Origin: the human T2T-CHM13v2.0 reference genome, Homo sapiens
DNA length: 64,000 bases
Assembly (NCBI RefSeq): GCF_009914755.1
Contig: NC_060927.1
Reading direction: 5' to 3' (one strand)
The notes under the pieces: generated by a model
Told to the model about the DNA's origin: nothing
Seen by the model: only the letters and a program-made list of their open reading frames with translations
Databases searched by the model: none
Translations under genes and position numbers: made by a program
Shown here: positions 39,896 through 54,546 of the stretch, piece by piece
How the letters are laid out: each line of letters opens with the position of its first letter
Numbering within the stretch: the first letter of the stretch is position 1

Positions 39896-40572
39896 CCATG
39901 ACCCAAAGTAGCAAAGACTTGAAAGCCAGAATAATTCATATAAATATTGGTAATTTTTTTTTAGAAAAATCAGAGGATTTGACAACATTGCTCCACAGCC
40001 CTCAATAGGAAAGGGTTAGCGCCAAATAGTAGATGTCATTATATAAATTATATGGCAAATCTCCCATTTACCATGTCCTCCTAATCTCCCTGATTAGTTT
40101 CCCATTATTATATTTATTGTTCTTGCACTGTTCTTTTTCTTATAGAGAGTTTGAAAGGAAGGTATCTGTAGCCATATTTATTAAAAGTGAAAAAATTAAA
40201 GATGCACACTCACAAAAAAACCCAAAGCAAAACGAAACCAAACCCCCTCAGGTTTCAAAAAGAATGGAATCGTATTTTTTTTTTTTTTTTTTTTTTTGAG
40301 GGAGTTAAAAAAATGTCTCTGGTTGCTAAATACTATTTAATCTTGGGGAAAAATGTCTGTCAGAATTTACTTGATTTGTCCTCTGAGGATATTTAAATGA
40401 TCTACCACTGGTCTAAGTAAATCTAAGAATGGGGTACATGCAGATCAATTTATTTTTTCTTAAAAAATCTTTTAAAATTTCATTTGGGGTTACATTTTAA
40501 ACTTATCATTAAATATACACATATTGTTATAAATAGAAGTTATAGTAGTTCAGCTTTGAAAACACTAGTGCA

Positions 40573-40696
40573 GGCCAGGCGCTGTGGCTCACGCCTGTAA
40601 TCCCAGCGCTTTGGGAGGCCGAGGCGGGCGATCACGAGGTCAGGAGATCGAGACCATCCTGGCTAAGACGGTGAAACCCCGTCTCTACTAAAAATA

Positions 40697-40733
<37 letters not shown>

Positions 40734-40886
40734 AGCCGGGGGTGGTGGCGTGTGCCTATAGTCCCAGCTACTCAGGAGGCAGAGGCAGGAGAATGGCGTG
40801 AACCCAGGAGGCGGAGCTTGCAGTAAGCCAAGATCTCTGGGCTACAGAGTGAGACTGTGTCTCAAAAAAACAAACAGACGAACAAA
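40573..40886 (+). mobile_element. AluY with an expanded central A-tract and a right-arm deletion
   Basis: gagatcgagaccatcctggctaa, gaatggcgtgaacc and gagcttgcag are Y diagnostics; flanking repeat tagtgca. Confidence 0.95.
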
Positions 40887-43800
40887 AGTAGTGCAGGTAG
40901 AATTTAAAATAAACTATGTGCATGATGTCATGCATTTTTCCTTTTGCTGTCTTAGATGTTCTTAGGATTTTATTTTCTCTAAAAATTTTCAAGGAAAATT
41001 CCGATACTTTTTATCTTGACAGTGATAGGAAGAGAGTTGAATTTAGTCAATTAGTTGCCAAATGAAACAGTTACTAATGTAAGTAGACTGAATGTAAATT
41101 TTATTGTTTAAAAGAACGTTGGTCAGCCAAACATATTTGAAGTTTAGAGGAATCATTTTTGGAATTTGTGAATGCATGGTTGAAAGTAAGATTAAAATAT
41201 TTTTCTAGTGGCACTGGACACTACTGAAGTTAAACGATAATAAAATACTATTTACCATTTTATGTAAGAGGATGATCAATTCTGAATGATGTACATTTTA
41301 GGAATTGATCTATAGAATCTAAAAGTTGGTATTTCACTTACCATTATTGTGAGGCGACCTCTACATATTGCAGAGAACAATTTTTTTTTACCTTTTACTA
41401 TTAAATTGGGATGAAATGTGGCTATTTTACTCTAAATATGTAGTGTCACACTTTAAAATATATTAAAATTTAGATGGTTTAATATGTATTGCCAATTCAT
41501 ATAAAAGGCTACAGACAGGTGAGTGAATAATTTTAAGGAATGACAACTCAATGTGTTATTCCTTTCAAATGAAAGCTGTAAAAACTCATTCTGCCTACTC
41601 TACTCTTAGAAGCTAATATAAGTTCAATTTCTTTTCATATTTCAATTGTAACTGAATTTAAAATGCCTGGTTTCCTTCATCTCTTACAGTAACATTTCTC
41701 AAAATATTTTCTGAAGTGCATGTAAATCCTATCTGGGAAAAAATATATAGTAGATTGGCTTTTGTGTGGGTTAATCAAGTATGGATAGATAAAAAGACAC
41801 TCTCCTTAAAGCAAAGTTGTTAAGCATTTTTGATGAAGGTGCATCTCATAGTTAAATATGATAGGCACCAATTTCTCTTTTTCAGAGAGAATGGAACTGA
41901 CATCACAGCATATTCAGGGATAATACAAGTATCCATATATTCTGAATAAAGGGAACTGGGGAGGGATGGTGAGCCCTTTAAGAACTTTCCTCAGATATGT
42001 TACTTACCAGCTTTGCATATTAAGAAGGACATTTTGATCACAATATAGAGAATCCCTAAGCAATTAATTGTTTCTTGTTGTTTTTCCCACGTTCATTTTC
42101 ATCCCTAATGTCCCATGGGCTTTCTGCTAGGTACTTTTCTTTTTCTCCATCAAATTTTGGTTTTCAGTATTTTAGTATTTCAGGATTTTAATTTGTTTGT
42201 TGAATTTCTTGTCTTGTATGTTCTTATTCATTTTGTGACATGTATACCATCTCTTGATAGGAATATGCCTATTTCAGTACTCAAGACATGGTCTGGAAAA
42301 TCTTAAATCTTTCCCTTGACATTTTTTTTCTGTTTTTTTTTCCCTGCGATTTTTGAACTTTACTTTCTTGATGTTATACACAACTACTTAATATCCTGTA
42401 TAATGGTGTCATTTTTTCCCAAGGTCTCAATGATTTCCTTAATCAGCCATTTCTTCCATTGAGGCAGAATGGTGTTGAGAGAGAAACCTGTCATTTCATT
42501 GCTTTTTCAACCTCCTGAGAGATTGTCAACTAGTCAAGTAGAACATTTATCATATCCCCTACTCTTAACTGTGTGAGAATATCCAGGTAGTTAAAGACTT
42601 TCTGTATGTTTCTGAGTTCATTTTCTCTTCACTATTAGGAAAGCAGTATTTACATAAACTCTTGTTTAGCCATCTTTCATCTGTCTGTAGCCTCAGTGCA
42701 TAGTGCAATATCTAATTATTGTTCAATATATTTGTTGAGTAATATAATAAATAGTTGATTCCAGTTCAGTCTGCTGTGTACTAAAACTTTTTGTATCTAT
42801 CTTTATTCTTTTATAATTATTTATTTTTTATTTTAAAAATTTATTGTATTGTCAGGACCACAAGCAAAATGTGTTGCAGTGTCTTAATTCTTACACACAT
42901 GCTCTCTCCATGCTCTCCCCTCAGGTTTGCAGATTTCAGTTCATGTCTTCTACATGTCACACAGCATTTTTTTCACGGTGGCCTGCCTTGTTATTACTGT
43001 ATTGTCATGAGTTCTAACCAATGTCTTAGAGAAACCAATGAGAATTTGTTTACTAAATATATTGTTTTGAACCCAATTTTATTAATTATTCATATTGTAT
43101 AAATATTCACTCTCTTTAAAGTTTTAAGTATTGTATCAGACTTAAGCCATAACTTCAAGTTAGTTATGACTGAGAATGGATGAGTTCTTCCTCCAAATTA
43201 TTCTTTCCGGGCTATATATGTATTCATAACATCCCATTGTATTGTTTTATTTGAGCTTTTTTCCCTTCTCTTCTATATTACAGTTTAAGCGATCCTGCTG
43301 AATGTCTATTTTATGATCTCAAATATTTGAATTATAAGTTGCTTCTACTATAAGAAGACACTGGAATTACCACAAGAATTCACATGTTTAAAAGATGCTT
43401 TCCCACCCGTAAAAGTGTCAGTGTGTGTTCATTGTACACGTAGTTAAAATGTGTGTTGTAGATTTGAACAGAGACCTTTTAACTTAGACTCAAGATTATG
43501 TGATTATTAAAACACACTCACATCTCAAATCCTTGGTTGTCTTATAATGTCATGACCTTTAACTACAAGAAGAGATGCAAATACTGCATATTCTCACAAT
43601 ACTTAAGCGGTTAGAGGGGCATTTTAGACTTCTTTAGGTTTTTCCACTTATTCTCAGAGGGTTAGCAGAATTGATGAGTGAGTATCAGGTGGGTTTGATA
43701 CATTTGGGCAGGAAGAGAGCAAACTTCTCTATTAGCTGTCAAATATACATCAATACGTGATGCCTTCCCTGTATTTAACAGCAGTTCGCTAGACCATCTC

Positions 43801-43942
43801 CCAGTATTCTGTTGATCTAGTAACTTCAAGTTTTTTGTCACATAGAATGTTATAATTTAATCAAAAAGGTAAGTGGCAACCTTCTTTGAGAAAGTCTTAT
43901 ACCTGTAATGTAACTTCATGAATCCAAAGATAAATAATAGAA

Positions 43943-44250
43943 CAGTGGTCTTTAACCTTAGCTACATATAGAGGACTTTAGAGAACTGCTGATGGCTGAG
44001 ATCCATTCCCAGAGATTCTGGAGTACAAAATTTTAGGAATTCAATTTTTTAAAAGATTCTAAGGTGATTATAATTTGCAACCAATTTCGAGAACCACTGA
44101 TATGATGTAGCACATACAGATCACCATTGGATCTTCCTAAGATGCAGATTCATTTTCTGGGGTGTCTTTAAGTGGGGGCCTGAGAGTTTACATTCCAAAT
44201 AAGCTCACAGGAAAAGCTGATGCTGCTGGTTCATGAACCACACTGGAGTA
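43943..44250. mobile_element. Two adjacent MER5-family hAT MITEs
   Basis: cagtggtctttaacc...gagaaccactg TIRs, then gatgcagattc...gtggggcctgagag...gaaccacactggag. Confidence 0.65.
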
Positions 44251-44852
44251 GAGGGTGTGTAGAATTTATCTTTTTTTTTTTCCTCTTTTTCATAATCTTC
44301 TACTCTCCAGAACTTGGATGCTTGTTTTAATTCCATACTATATCCCTGGAGTTTTTTTTTTCTTTCCCATTTTGCTTGTGAGTTTTTGCTCACAAGTTTT
44401 TCTAAGAACTTGTTTCTAATAAACCAGAACATAGAAAGACATTCCTCGACCCTTGAGCTTCTTCTAGCAGGAAGGCCAACTTGCATTTATAGTGCACATA
44501 ATTGGTGAGTGCCTCAGGCAGGAAGATAAATATATCTCTGGTCACTGGAAGGTTTCTTTCAGTGGTCTTATCTTCCAGGTCTCAAGTTGAAATATTGTCT
44601 TTTATAACTCCCCTGGGAGTCCTTCTTATTAACTTCTGGGACAAACTGTATCCAAGTGATTCAGGCAACCACCCTCCCCTGCAGCGAACCTCTACTTAAT
44701 TGCTTGTTTTTGATAATTAGCTCCAAGTGGCCCTAGTTTCTTGAATGTTGAAAGCAATATTCCAATATTCAATATTCTATTTAAAAACTCATAGCCTTTT
44801 CTGTGTCTTTTTCTAACTTACCAAGAGACTCTCAGATCTCTGAACTATGTTA

Positions 44853-45180
44853 AATGGTGTTTCTCAAATATTATTGTGTGTGAGCATCATCTGGGCTGCT
44901 TATTAATAATGATTCCTGACTCCATATTCAGAGATCCTGATTTGGTGACTCTTTAGTAGGCTCTAGTATCTGCGTCTTTATTATGTGCCCCACTAAGGTG
45001 AGTCTTTTGTAAGCAATCCAAACTTGGAGAAACACTAATTTGACCTGGCTTCTCGAGCTTTAATGTACATTAAAATCACCAGATAATCTTGTTATAATGC
45101 AGACTGTGGCTTGGGGATGAAGTATTTCTGACAAACCCTCAGGTCTAAGAGGCCACAATACTCTAGGTACTAAGACTTTA
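44853..45180. mobile_element. Two adjacent MER5-family hAT MITEs
   Basis: gtgtttctcaaa...cagagatcctgattt...ggagaaacact, then gcttctcgagctttaatgtacattaaaatcacc. Confidence 0.6.
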
Positions 45181-45280
45181 GATCATGTAATTAATACCAC
45201 ACTACAGCACAATTCAGACTGACAAGTGTACGTTCCTTTAATCAAATAAAGGACATTTTTACACTTATGCTTTTGGTTAG

Positions 45281-45606
<326 letters not shown>

Positions 45607-46842
45607 CCAACATAAGCTTCTTAAGAGAAAAAAAAAAACAAAAAAACAAAACTCAATTAATAGAATACCAAACTTGGAAGGGACCTTCCAGATACCTAAT
45701 TCAGAGGTCTTTTGCCTAAGCTCAACTCAAGGGCCCAAACGTTCAGCTCCACCTCATTTTGTTTAAAGAAAAAATTAAATGTAAACGTATTTTAAAAAGA
45801 CTTGACTCTCCAGTTTTTCTCAGGTTTCAAATAACTCTGAAAGCCTTTGAGTCTGGCAATCTGCTGGAATCCATTTTGTTTTGCTTATGGCTCAGGAAGA
45901 AAAAGCCGTTGGTCAACATCACACTGCTAATTGTTGAAGAGCTAGGATTGGGCTTAAAACTTGTCACCAGGCTGGGACAAGTTTGTTTGTTTATGCTTAA
46001 GTAAAATCTGAGTCATGGTGCTGATTTTAATGGTTCTCTGGATGTGTAGAACTTATAAAAAGACATAGACCCTGTTTTGCTTTAGTATTAAACATCAAAA
46101 GTTATAAAAGACTACCCTGGAGATTTATTGTTGATGGAGATAAGGTTGGTCTTTGCCTTTTGCTTGCTTTAGTAGATTTAACATAAGAGAGATTTATCTA
46201 AAGCATCAATAAACTGGCATCTCTCATGTTGAAAGGAGGCCTCAGCTCTTCAAAACATCCTTTACAGGTAACATGAAGTTCTTTTCCATCATTTGTGGAA
46301 TGTATTACAGTGAAGAAAAAGAAAAAAAATATTTAGGAGGAAAACTGAGTCAAAAAGTCTGGTATGGACTGAGCAGAAATTTTTGGAGCTGAATAAGGCT
46401 GAATTCAATCAAAATCCTGCCACCTTCTGTGTGACAGATCCTAGGCAATTTATTTTATCATCTCTGAACGATTTTCCTATCTGTGAAATGGAGATAATAA
46501 TAGTTAACTGCAGAGCTGTTTGTAATTCTATAGCATGATAGATATATCTATAACATGAAACACAGCAAAGAATAATTATCAGCTGTCTTCATAGATTTGT
46601 TTTCTTACATATTATAGCTACTGTAAATTCTCATTTTTTCATATTTGCTTTCTCTGAGTAAAAGGTATAATTTTAGTATATTTAGTCTACTGAAATCTTG
46701 GAAATTTTACATAGTTTACTTAAAAGACATAAATATAGATGGAAGATTGTAATAAAAATATTCAAATATATATATACTCAAATATGTATACATTTAAATA
46801 TAACATTCAAATACATACATTTATTTATATATAACATTCAAA

Positions 46843-46885
<43 letters not shown>

Positions 46886-46893
46886 TTTTTTTT
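46843..46893 (+). repeat. (TG)n(TA)n(T)n compound microsatellite
   Basis: Direct inspection. Confidence 0.95.
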
Positions 46894-47179
46894 AACCTTT
46901 TTATTAAAAGCCAGGCCAGGTATTCAGAATAAAATTTATGAGAAAAACAAGATGACTTGTACTGAGTTATAAAACGGAAGATTATTAGCTTTATAGAAAA
47001 TAATCATTTGGCAAGATAAAACATTTCTCTGAGACTTTTGCTATGGATGGCCCAGTATTTATTCTTCTTGAGGAAAATTTTGAGCAATAGAAAAACTACT
47101 AGTCTATAGTGGAGAGTTTTCTTATTTTGCTGTGTCCTTGGGAAAATAATGGAATTCATTTATGTTCATTCATTTAACC

Positions 47180-47412
47180 CAGGAGTTCTCCACCAGGGAC
47201 AATTTTATCCCACCTCCACCTGTAAAGGGGGGATATTTGACAATGTCTAGAGATATTTTTGTTTGCCTGACCAAGGCAGGTGTGCTACTGTAGCATCTAG
47301 GGGATAAAGACCAGGAATACTGCTCAGCATCTCACAATGTACAGGGCAAATTCTCCACAATACAGAATTATCAGATCCAAAATGTCAATGCTACTGAGGT
47401 TGAGAAACGCTG
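47180..47412 (+). mobile_element. MER20 hAT-Charlie element
   Basis: caggagttctccacc...tttgacaatgtctagaga...aaaatgtcaatgctactgaggttgagaaacgctg. Confidence 0.88.
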
Positions 47413-47467
47413 ATTTAATCTATAAATTAAAACAAATGATACCTATTTTAAAAACCTGTGGCTCTAA

Positions 47468-47720
47468 AGCATGCTTTCTTAATGGGGGCAATATTGTTTT
47501 CAAGGAAGCAGAACGTTGCTACTTAGTGGGTGAAGGAAAAATCTTAGGTATTACAATAGATAGTGGCCCTCCAAAGGTCAGTGCTACCCATTAATATGAA
47601 GAGAGCTATAGTATATCTGTCTTTCATAGAATTTCATAGGGGGAGGGGTGGGAACAGTTAGGGAAAAATGTGTAAGTAGGCTACTTAGTAGTGATAATGA
47701 AAAAAGTTGAGAAACACTAT
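47468..47720. mobile_element. MER112-like hAT-Charlie element
   Basis: aatgggggcaatattg...gtggccctccaaagg...gataatgaaaaaagttgagaaacact. Confidence 0.6.
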
Positions 47721-47891
47721 AGATATATCAGGAAAATTTATCACTCATTAAATCATGTCCGCATGTTCTGCCCTAGTCTTTTCCCCTTTTGTGCCTTTTA
47801 GGCACCATAATAGTTAGATCATGGGATCTGGCAGCCATAAAGGAACTGTTGCGGCCAAGAACTCCTGACCACTCCTAGGCTTCCTTCTGAC

Positions 47892-48210
47892 TTTTATTTT
47901 ATTTTATTTCATTTATTTTTTTTAATACAGGACTTCACTCTGTCACTCAAGGTGGCACGCAGTGGCATAATCATGGCTCACCACAGCCTCAACCCTCTGG
48001 GCTCAAGTGATCCTCCTGCCTCAGCCTCCCTAGTAGCTGGGACTACAGATACATTCAACTACTCTCGACTAATATTTTTAATTTTTTCTTTGTTGAAATG
48101 GGGTCTTACTATGTTGCTGAGGCTCAACTCAAACTCCTGGCCTTAAGCAATCCTCCTGTCTTGGCCTCCCAAACCGTTGGGATTACAGACATGATCTCTT
48201 GCACCCGACC
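47892..48210 (-). mobile_element. AluJ-type SINE
   Basis: Antisense Alu with ctgggctcaagtgatcctcctgcctcagcc; flanking repeat tctgactttta. Confidence 0.92.
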
Positions 48211-49118
48211 CCTCTGACTTTTAATCCTCCAACCTAATCCTGCCACACACCCACCCACTCTCACTTAGTCTTTCTCAGATACACCTCTCTCCTCCTCCTT
48301 TCTTTTATTTCTTTGGTCAATTATTCATTCTACTATCAAGTCAGAAAATAACCCTACAACTGACACATCTCTGTCTAGGGAAAAGAAAGTCAATAGTTGA
48401 AAGGAAAATTGAGTATGCACGTGAGCTATTGCTTCATCCCTGACAGTGTGAAATACTCTTCAGAATCTACTCATGTCTTCTGTCATTTCCTTCACCTGCT
48501 TTTCCTTAAACACCAATATTAAATTAATCCAATCAACAAATACTGCTTGAGTGCCTCCCATAGGTAGGGCATAGTAAATTCTTCCTCTTGGGAAATTTAC
48601 ATTCTGAAAGAAGAGGCAAAAAATAACAATAAACATAAGTAAATTATACAGTAGGCTAAATGGTAAGTGCTACAGAAATATACAGCATGATAATGGGGAC
48701 TTGGAGTTGCTGGAATTTGAGGATAGTATGCAGAATTAAATAGAGTGATCAGGGTTTACTTCATTTAATATTGTATAGCAATATGTTTCTTGATGATAGC
48801 TAAAAAATAGCTAATAACTTTAAAGAACTTAATATATGATGCCTACATTTAATTTTGACAAAATTATCTGTGAAGTAGGTACTATTGTTACCTTCATTTT
48901 ACAGGCCAGCAAAGCAGAGAACATAGGCAACTTTCCTAAGTTCATAAAACTTTCCTAAAGCTTTACTAGGAAGTAGCAGAGCCACATTCAAACCTACAAA
49001 GGCCTGCTCTAGGCGCTTACCCCTAACTGCTGTGTTATGTCGCATTTCTATTGAGTTTAATGGCATTACAATGCAATTCCTGTTTAATCATGTTTCATAG
49101 GTAATACAGCACAGTGAT

Positions 49119-49320
49119 TGTAAAAGAAAAACTTTGCACCCGACATTTATTAACAATGGTAAGGAAGACTTTAAGATTCTTGTGATAGGAGAGATTTAAC
49201 CCAGCTCTGAACACAGCAAAGACTGCTGGGGATTTATAGCCAACGAGCAGAGTGAGGGAGTCAGTGGATGAGAAATTACTAAGAGGAACTTGATTCAATA
49301 TCAAGGGTAGGATGATTTAG
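49119..49320 (-). mobile_element. ERV1 LTR fragment (MER31/MER67-like)
   Basis: ggggatttatagccaacgagcagagtgagggagtcagtggatgagaaattactaag. Confidence 0.55.
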
Positions 49321-49329
49321 TCAAGGAGG

Positions 49330-52250
49330 GAGTTCTTGTCATGGCTAAGAGAGTGGACCCTGGCACTGGCCTGCTGGATCTAATTTGTAGCTCCCACAAA
49401 CCAGCTGAATGATCTCAGGCAGGTCACTTCAGCTCTTTGTGCCTTTGTTCTCCATGTATACTAATTCATAGGGTTGTTGTGAGGGCTCAAGTAATTTTAA
49501 GCACCATTTATTTACTGAATATTCACCATATGTTATTCTAGACACCCTCTTTATATTGCCAGTAACTGGCACAACAATACTGTGAGGTAGATATTATTGT
49601 CCCCATTTTATAGATGAAGAAACTGCGGCACATGTAGCCTATTTAGAGATTCAAAACAAGCAAGTGAAAAGGACTACATATAATTTTGTTTCTAACTGAT
49701 CCGCCTTTTCTGTTTTATTCAGTCTTTCATTAGCTACTTTATGATGAGTATTGTCACAACATTGTGAGAAATAAAGGAAGCACCTGCCTAGAATTTTCTC
49801 TGGAGAGAAAATGTTATGGCTATTTTTTTTTTTTGGCTTTTAAAAATTACACCCAGTCTCAGAAAACATGCCTCGTTTCCTTTCAAGGTTCATCTTCCAC
49901 CTCTCGTCTTGATCCCAGCATCTCCCTCTCCTCTGAGGCCTAAGGCATGTGCCAGAGTTATCTCTCTCTCCCTTGCTTGCATGTTTTACTCTGTCACTGC
50001 TGGCTCATTCCCTAGTACCTGTCACATGCTCGAGTCTCACATCTTCAACCTTATGACTTTAGATATCACCATGTGGATCTCACTCTTTTCCTTCCAGGCA
50101 TCCTCATTGGAAGACCTATTTGCAGATGTTGCCTTTTTGCCTTTTCTTCCTCAGCTACTATTTGCTCTTCAGCTTCTCCAAATTATGCTTCCACTCCTCA
50201 TCACTAGATTGCACTGCACTTGACCTGTCCCTGGGACTTATGCTGTGGACCCTCTTTTTACCTGAACCTCCCTACTTTCTTAATTTCTGGTACATACTTT
50301 TCTCATGGTATTCCTCTTACTTTTCCAGCCATTCCTGTCAATCTCTAATGCCCACACCAAAGTGATGGTATTTCTCAGGGTTTCACCTTGACACTCTTTT
50401 CTGGCCATGCTGCTCATTCTCTCACTACCTTAATGTGTCCCTGTTTCATAGATCGGCAGCCGGATAGCCCTCCCGATCCATGTGTTATCCTACTGTCCAC
50501 TGAATAGCTCCACAGATTCATCACATCTAAAAGTAAACTTATCCTTTCCCTTCCCCTGCAGATTTATTCTTCCTCTGGTAATTCTTATCTTGGGTATTGG
50601 CACTGCCATTCATCCATGATAATATATGTACCAAGTGTAGTCTAATACATGGTGGAAACTCAATAAACAGTCACTATTAATTTAATCCTCACAGAACACT
50701 AATATATAAACACTATTATTATTGCCATTATATAAATGAGAGGAGACAAAAGTGATTAAGTGGCCTGCTCAGAGTCATTCTTGCTTTATTTCTCAAACAA
50801 CTACCAATTAGTAACCAAGCCATTTTCATTATACAGTATGTCTCCATCTCCCTCTGCCTTTGTTCAAATTCTCTTTATTTCTCACTTGAATAAAACTATG
50901 GTAATAACTCCCACTGGCCCCTTCTTCCTGTAATGGCACCTCACCACCCTCCATCCATCTGCATTCTGGTCAGGTCAAAGTGATCTTTCTAAAGATTTTA
51001 CCTGTTCATGATATTGTCTTTCTTAAAACTCTTCAGTGGCTCCCATGTCTTGCACTTCAATATAAACCCTGTAGCATGGTGTAGTGGGGCCACCTGAGCA
51101 AAAATCTTTTTTGTCTCATCTCTTTCCATGCCCCTGCCTTAGAACTCATGGTCAGACCACACAAAATAGTGAGTGAGTTTCTAAATGAATTACCCTTCAA
51201 AGTTTCTAAATGTTTTACCATTCCATGACTTTATTCTAACTGCCTCCTTTACTCACAATGTTCTGTTCTTTTTTGCCCTCCTGAGGAACTCCTACTTATC
51301 CTCTACAGCTAATATAAAATATCAACTACTTTAGGAAGCATTTCTACCTGACATCTCAGGGGCAACTGAACACTATTTCCTCTCAATACATTGTGTATGT
51401 GTATTTTGCATAGCATTTTAACAGTTTTAACAGTTATGTTGTCTTAATTTAGGTGTTAGAGCTGTTTAGAGATTGAACTTTGGGTTTGAATTCTTCATCT
51501 AATTGAAAAGATTTGTGTCTTTGGGTAAACCACTCTTTCCCTTATCTACATCTATAAAACAGGGATCAAACAGGGTTACTTAGGGTTATTGGGAACATTA
51601 AGATAATCACAGAAGTGTTTGGCACATTAGACTTTGTCATTTTCCTGCTCTCAACATTCCAATGGGTTCCTATAATACTTAGCCATAGAATTTAAATTAT
51701 TATCTTTTGCTATTTAAAAGTATTTCATTCTAACTTTATAGCGAGAAAGTTTGGAAAGTGAGGGGTACCTCTACTTATTGTTGCCTTTATAATCCTGCAT
51801 GATCCAGACCTTGGCTATCTTGCCGACCTGATTTCCCACCATTCTCCCTTTGTTTCCCCACTCCATCCTTATTGGCAACCCTGCTCTTTTTTACTGCATC
51901 ATTTAAACTCTTGCCTCACCACTTGTGCTCCTGCAGATTCCTCCACCTGGATTGTTCTTTCCACTGATGTCCAAATGGTTCACTATCTTCTTCAATGCAA
52001 GCTGTTACTTGAAGGTCACTTATCTAAAGTAGACTCCTCTTTATTTTCCTCTGATCCTCTTTAATTTTCTTCATCACACTTATTGCTTCATGTGAGTCAT
52101 TGTTTTGCTGGTTTTTGTCCACTCTCATTCACTGCAGCATAAACGCCATGACTGCAACAAATTTGTTTACTGATATATCCTCAGATTGAAAATAATGGCT
52201 GACTTATGGTAGGCATTTAAATATATTTGTTGAATGAACAAATGAGTGAA
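49330..52250. mobile_element. Mosaic of L2 and MIR fragments
   Basis: MIR cores at ~49350-49640, ~50680-50770 and ~51480-51625; L2 motifs (aaaactcttcagtggctccca; ctcaacattccaatggg) and L2 tail tgttgaatgaacaaatgagtgaat at ~52230. Confidence 0.6.
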
Positions 52251-53141
52251 TCATTGGATTATGTTAATATTATTATTTGTTAAATGTTTCTGAAAGGCAG
52301 AGATCTGCTCCTCTTTGTCTTCATACACCAAGTTCATTGCTTATAAAGTGTATTCCTTGGAGCCTTAAAGGTTTTCACGGACTTTCTCCTGGGGTCCAGC
52401 TGTCTTGGTTTCAGGGTTAAAGTAGGTCCAATTTTACTTGTTGTATACATTGATCTGCACAGTAATAGTTTCACTGCTAAAAGGCTTTGAAATCCACTAA
52501 CCAAGTGTAATTCCCAATACATTCAGTAAATCATTCAATAAATGTTTGCTGGTGAATGAATGAGGTAGAAAAAAAATGCCAGAAATATTATCTTTAACGT
52601 GAAGGAAAACGTAGAGCTGACATTTTCTTGAATAGCCTACCCATAATTATCTTTCCCCAGCAGCATTAACTTTACTTGTACATCCTTGCAAAACTGATTT
52701 AGATTTTATTAAAATTAAAATATGAATTTTAAAATATTTTTCTAATACAGCCTATTGTCTTTTCTGCTGTTGTGGCATTACTTTTATTGTTTTCTTGATA
52801 TTATTAAGTTAGTCACTGAATACCAGTGGTAGATACTGAAAAAGTAAGTGCTAATTAAATTACCAACCATAAGATAATTACTTTATTATTAGCAAACTAA
52901 AAGATGATGCTGATTCAACATTCTCCGCATTTTGCTAAACTATTTCTTACTAAAAATCTACATCTTCAAAATATCTAGTGATATCTGATTCAGACAAGAT
53001 TAAATTTTTATTTGTTGACTCTTGAAAATATTACATAATTATACTTGATTGGCATATGTAATTAATGTAAATGAACTCATTTTGTTTGAAAAAATAGGAA
53101 TGGCCACAATGACATAAAACTTTAAATATTTAGTTTAATAT

Positions 53142-53421
<280 letters not shown>

Positions 53422-54174
53422 TTAAGTGGTAATAATACAAATATAATGGCCATAAAAGGATCAAAAGCAGTTCCATATTTAACAGAGAGGTTATTTCTGT
53501 TGCTTGTGACTATAATAATTCATATTCTACAGTATCTTTCCACCATGGTAATTTCCAAGAAAGTGTTCCAATTTTTTTCCAGTCCTATCTTCCCCTCTTC
53601 TTGAGGACACACACACACAAAAAAAGATGGAAGATGGTGGTGATGATGGTAGGGTTTGAGGTGGAAGTTGAGAATTGAAATCAGGATGAGGGTTAATTTC
53701 ATGATCATTACAAGGAGGGAGGAAGCTAATTCTGGCCATGAAGCAAGAGGTGTTTGTTAGCCAGAGCCACTTTGCATAGGAAACAGTAGAGGGTTTGGAC
53801 ATCACATACGCCATGTTGGGAAGAAGTGTGACTGTCTTCCATGGCTAAACTGAACTGAAGAAAAATGCATCAAGGTAGTCCAAACAGCTTACTAATAAGT
53901 GATCTAGTTAGATTAGAGAGATATCACTACTTAGAAAATCAAATTAATCAATTTGAAAAGAAGGAAAAGTGATATAGTTGACATTGGAAATGTTTTTGAC
54001 ACCTTTGTCATAGTGACAGTACACGTGTTTGTGTTTTTCATTCTTGAGGTCTAGATAACTTTCAGAGAACAGTGATATTTTGAGCCATAGGAATTTAAAA
54101 ATACCATATCTTCCCTTTTTTAAGTTAGTTTAACCTGTGATTTACATTTGACAATTGAAGTCTTAAAAATCTCT

Positions 54175-54546
<372 letters not shown>

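Noticed and set aside
49816-50365. Hydrophobic ORFs of 135 and 81 aa
   Set aside because: Lie in pyrimidine-rich, L2-derived sequence whose composition explains the L/F/S bias
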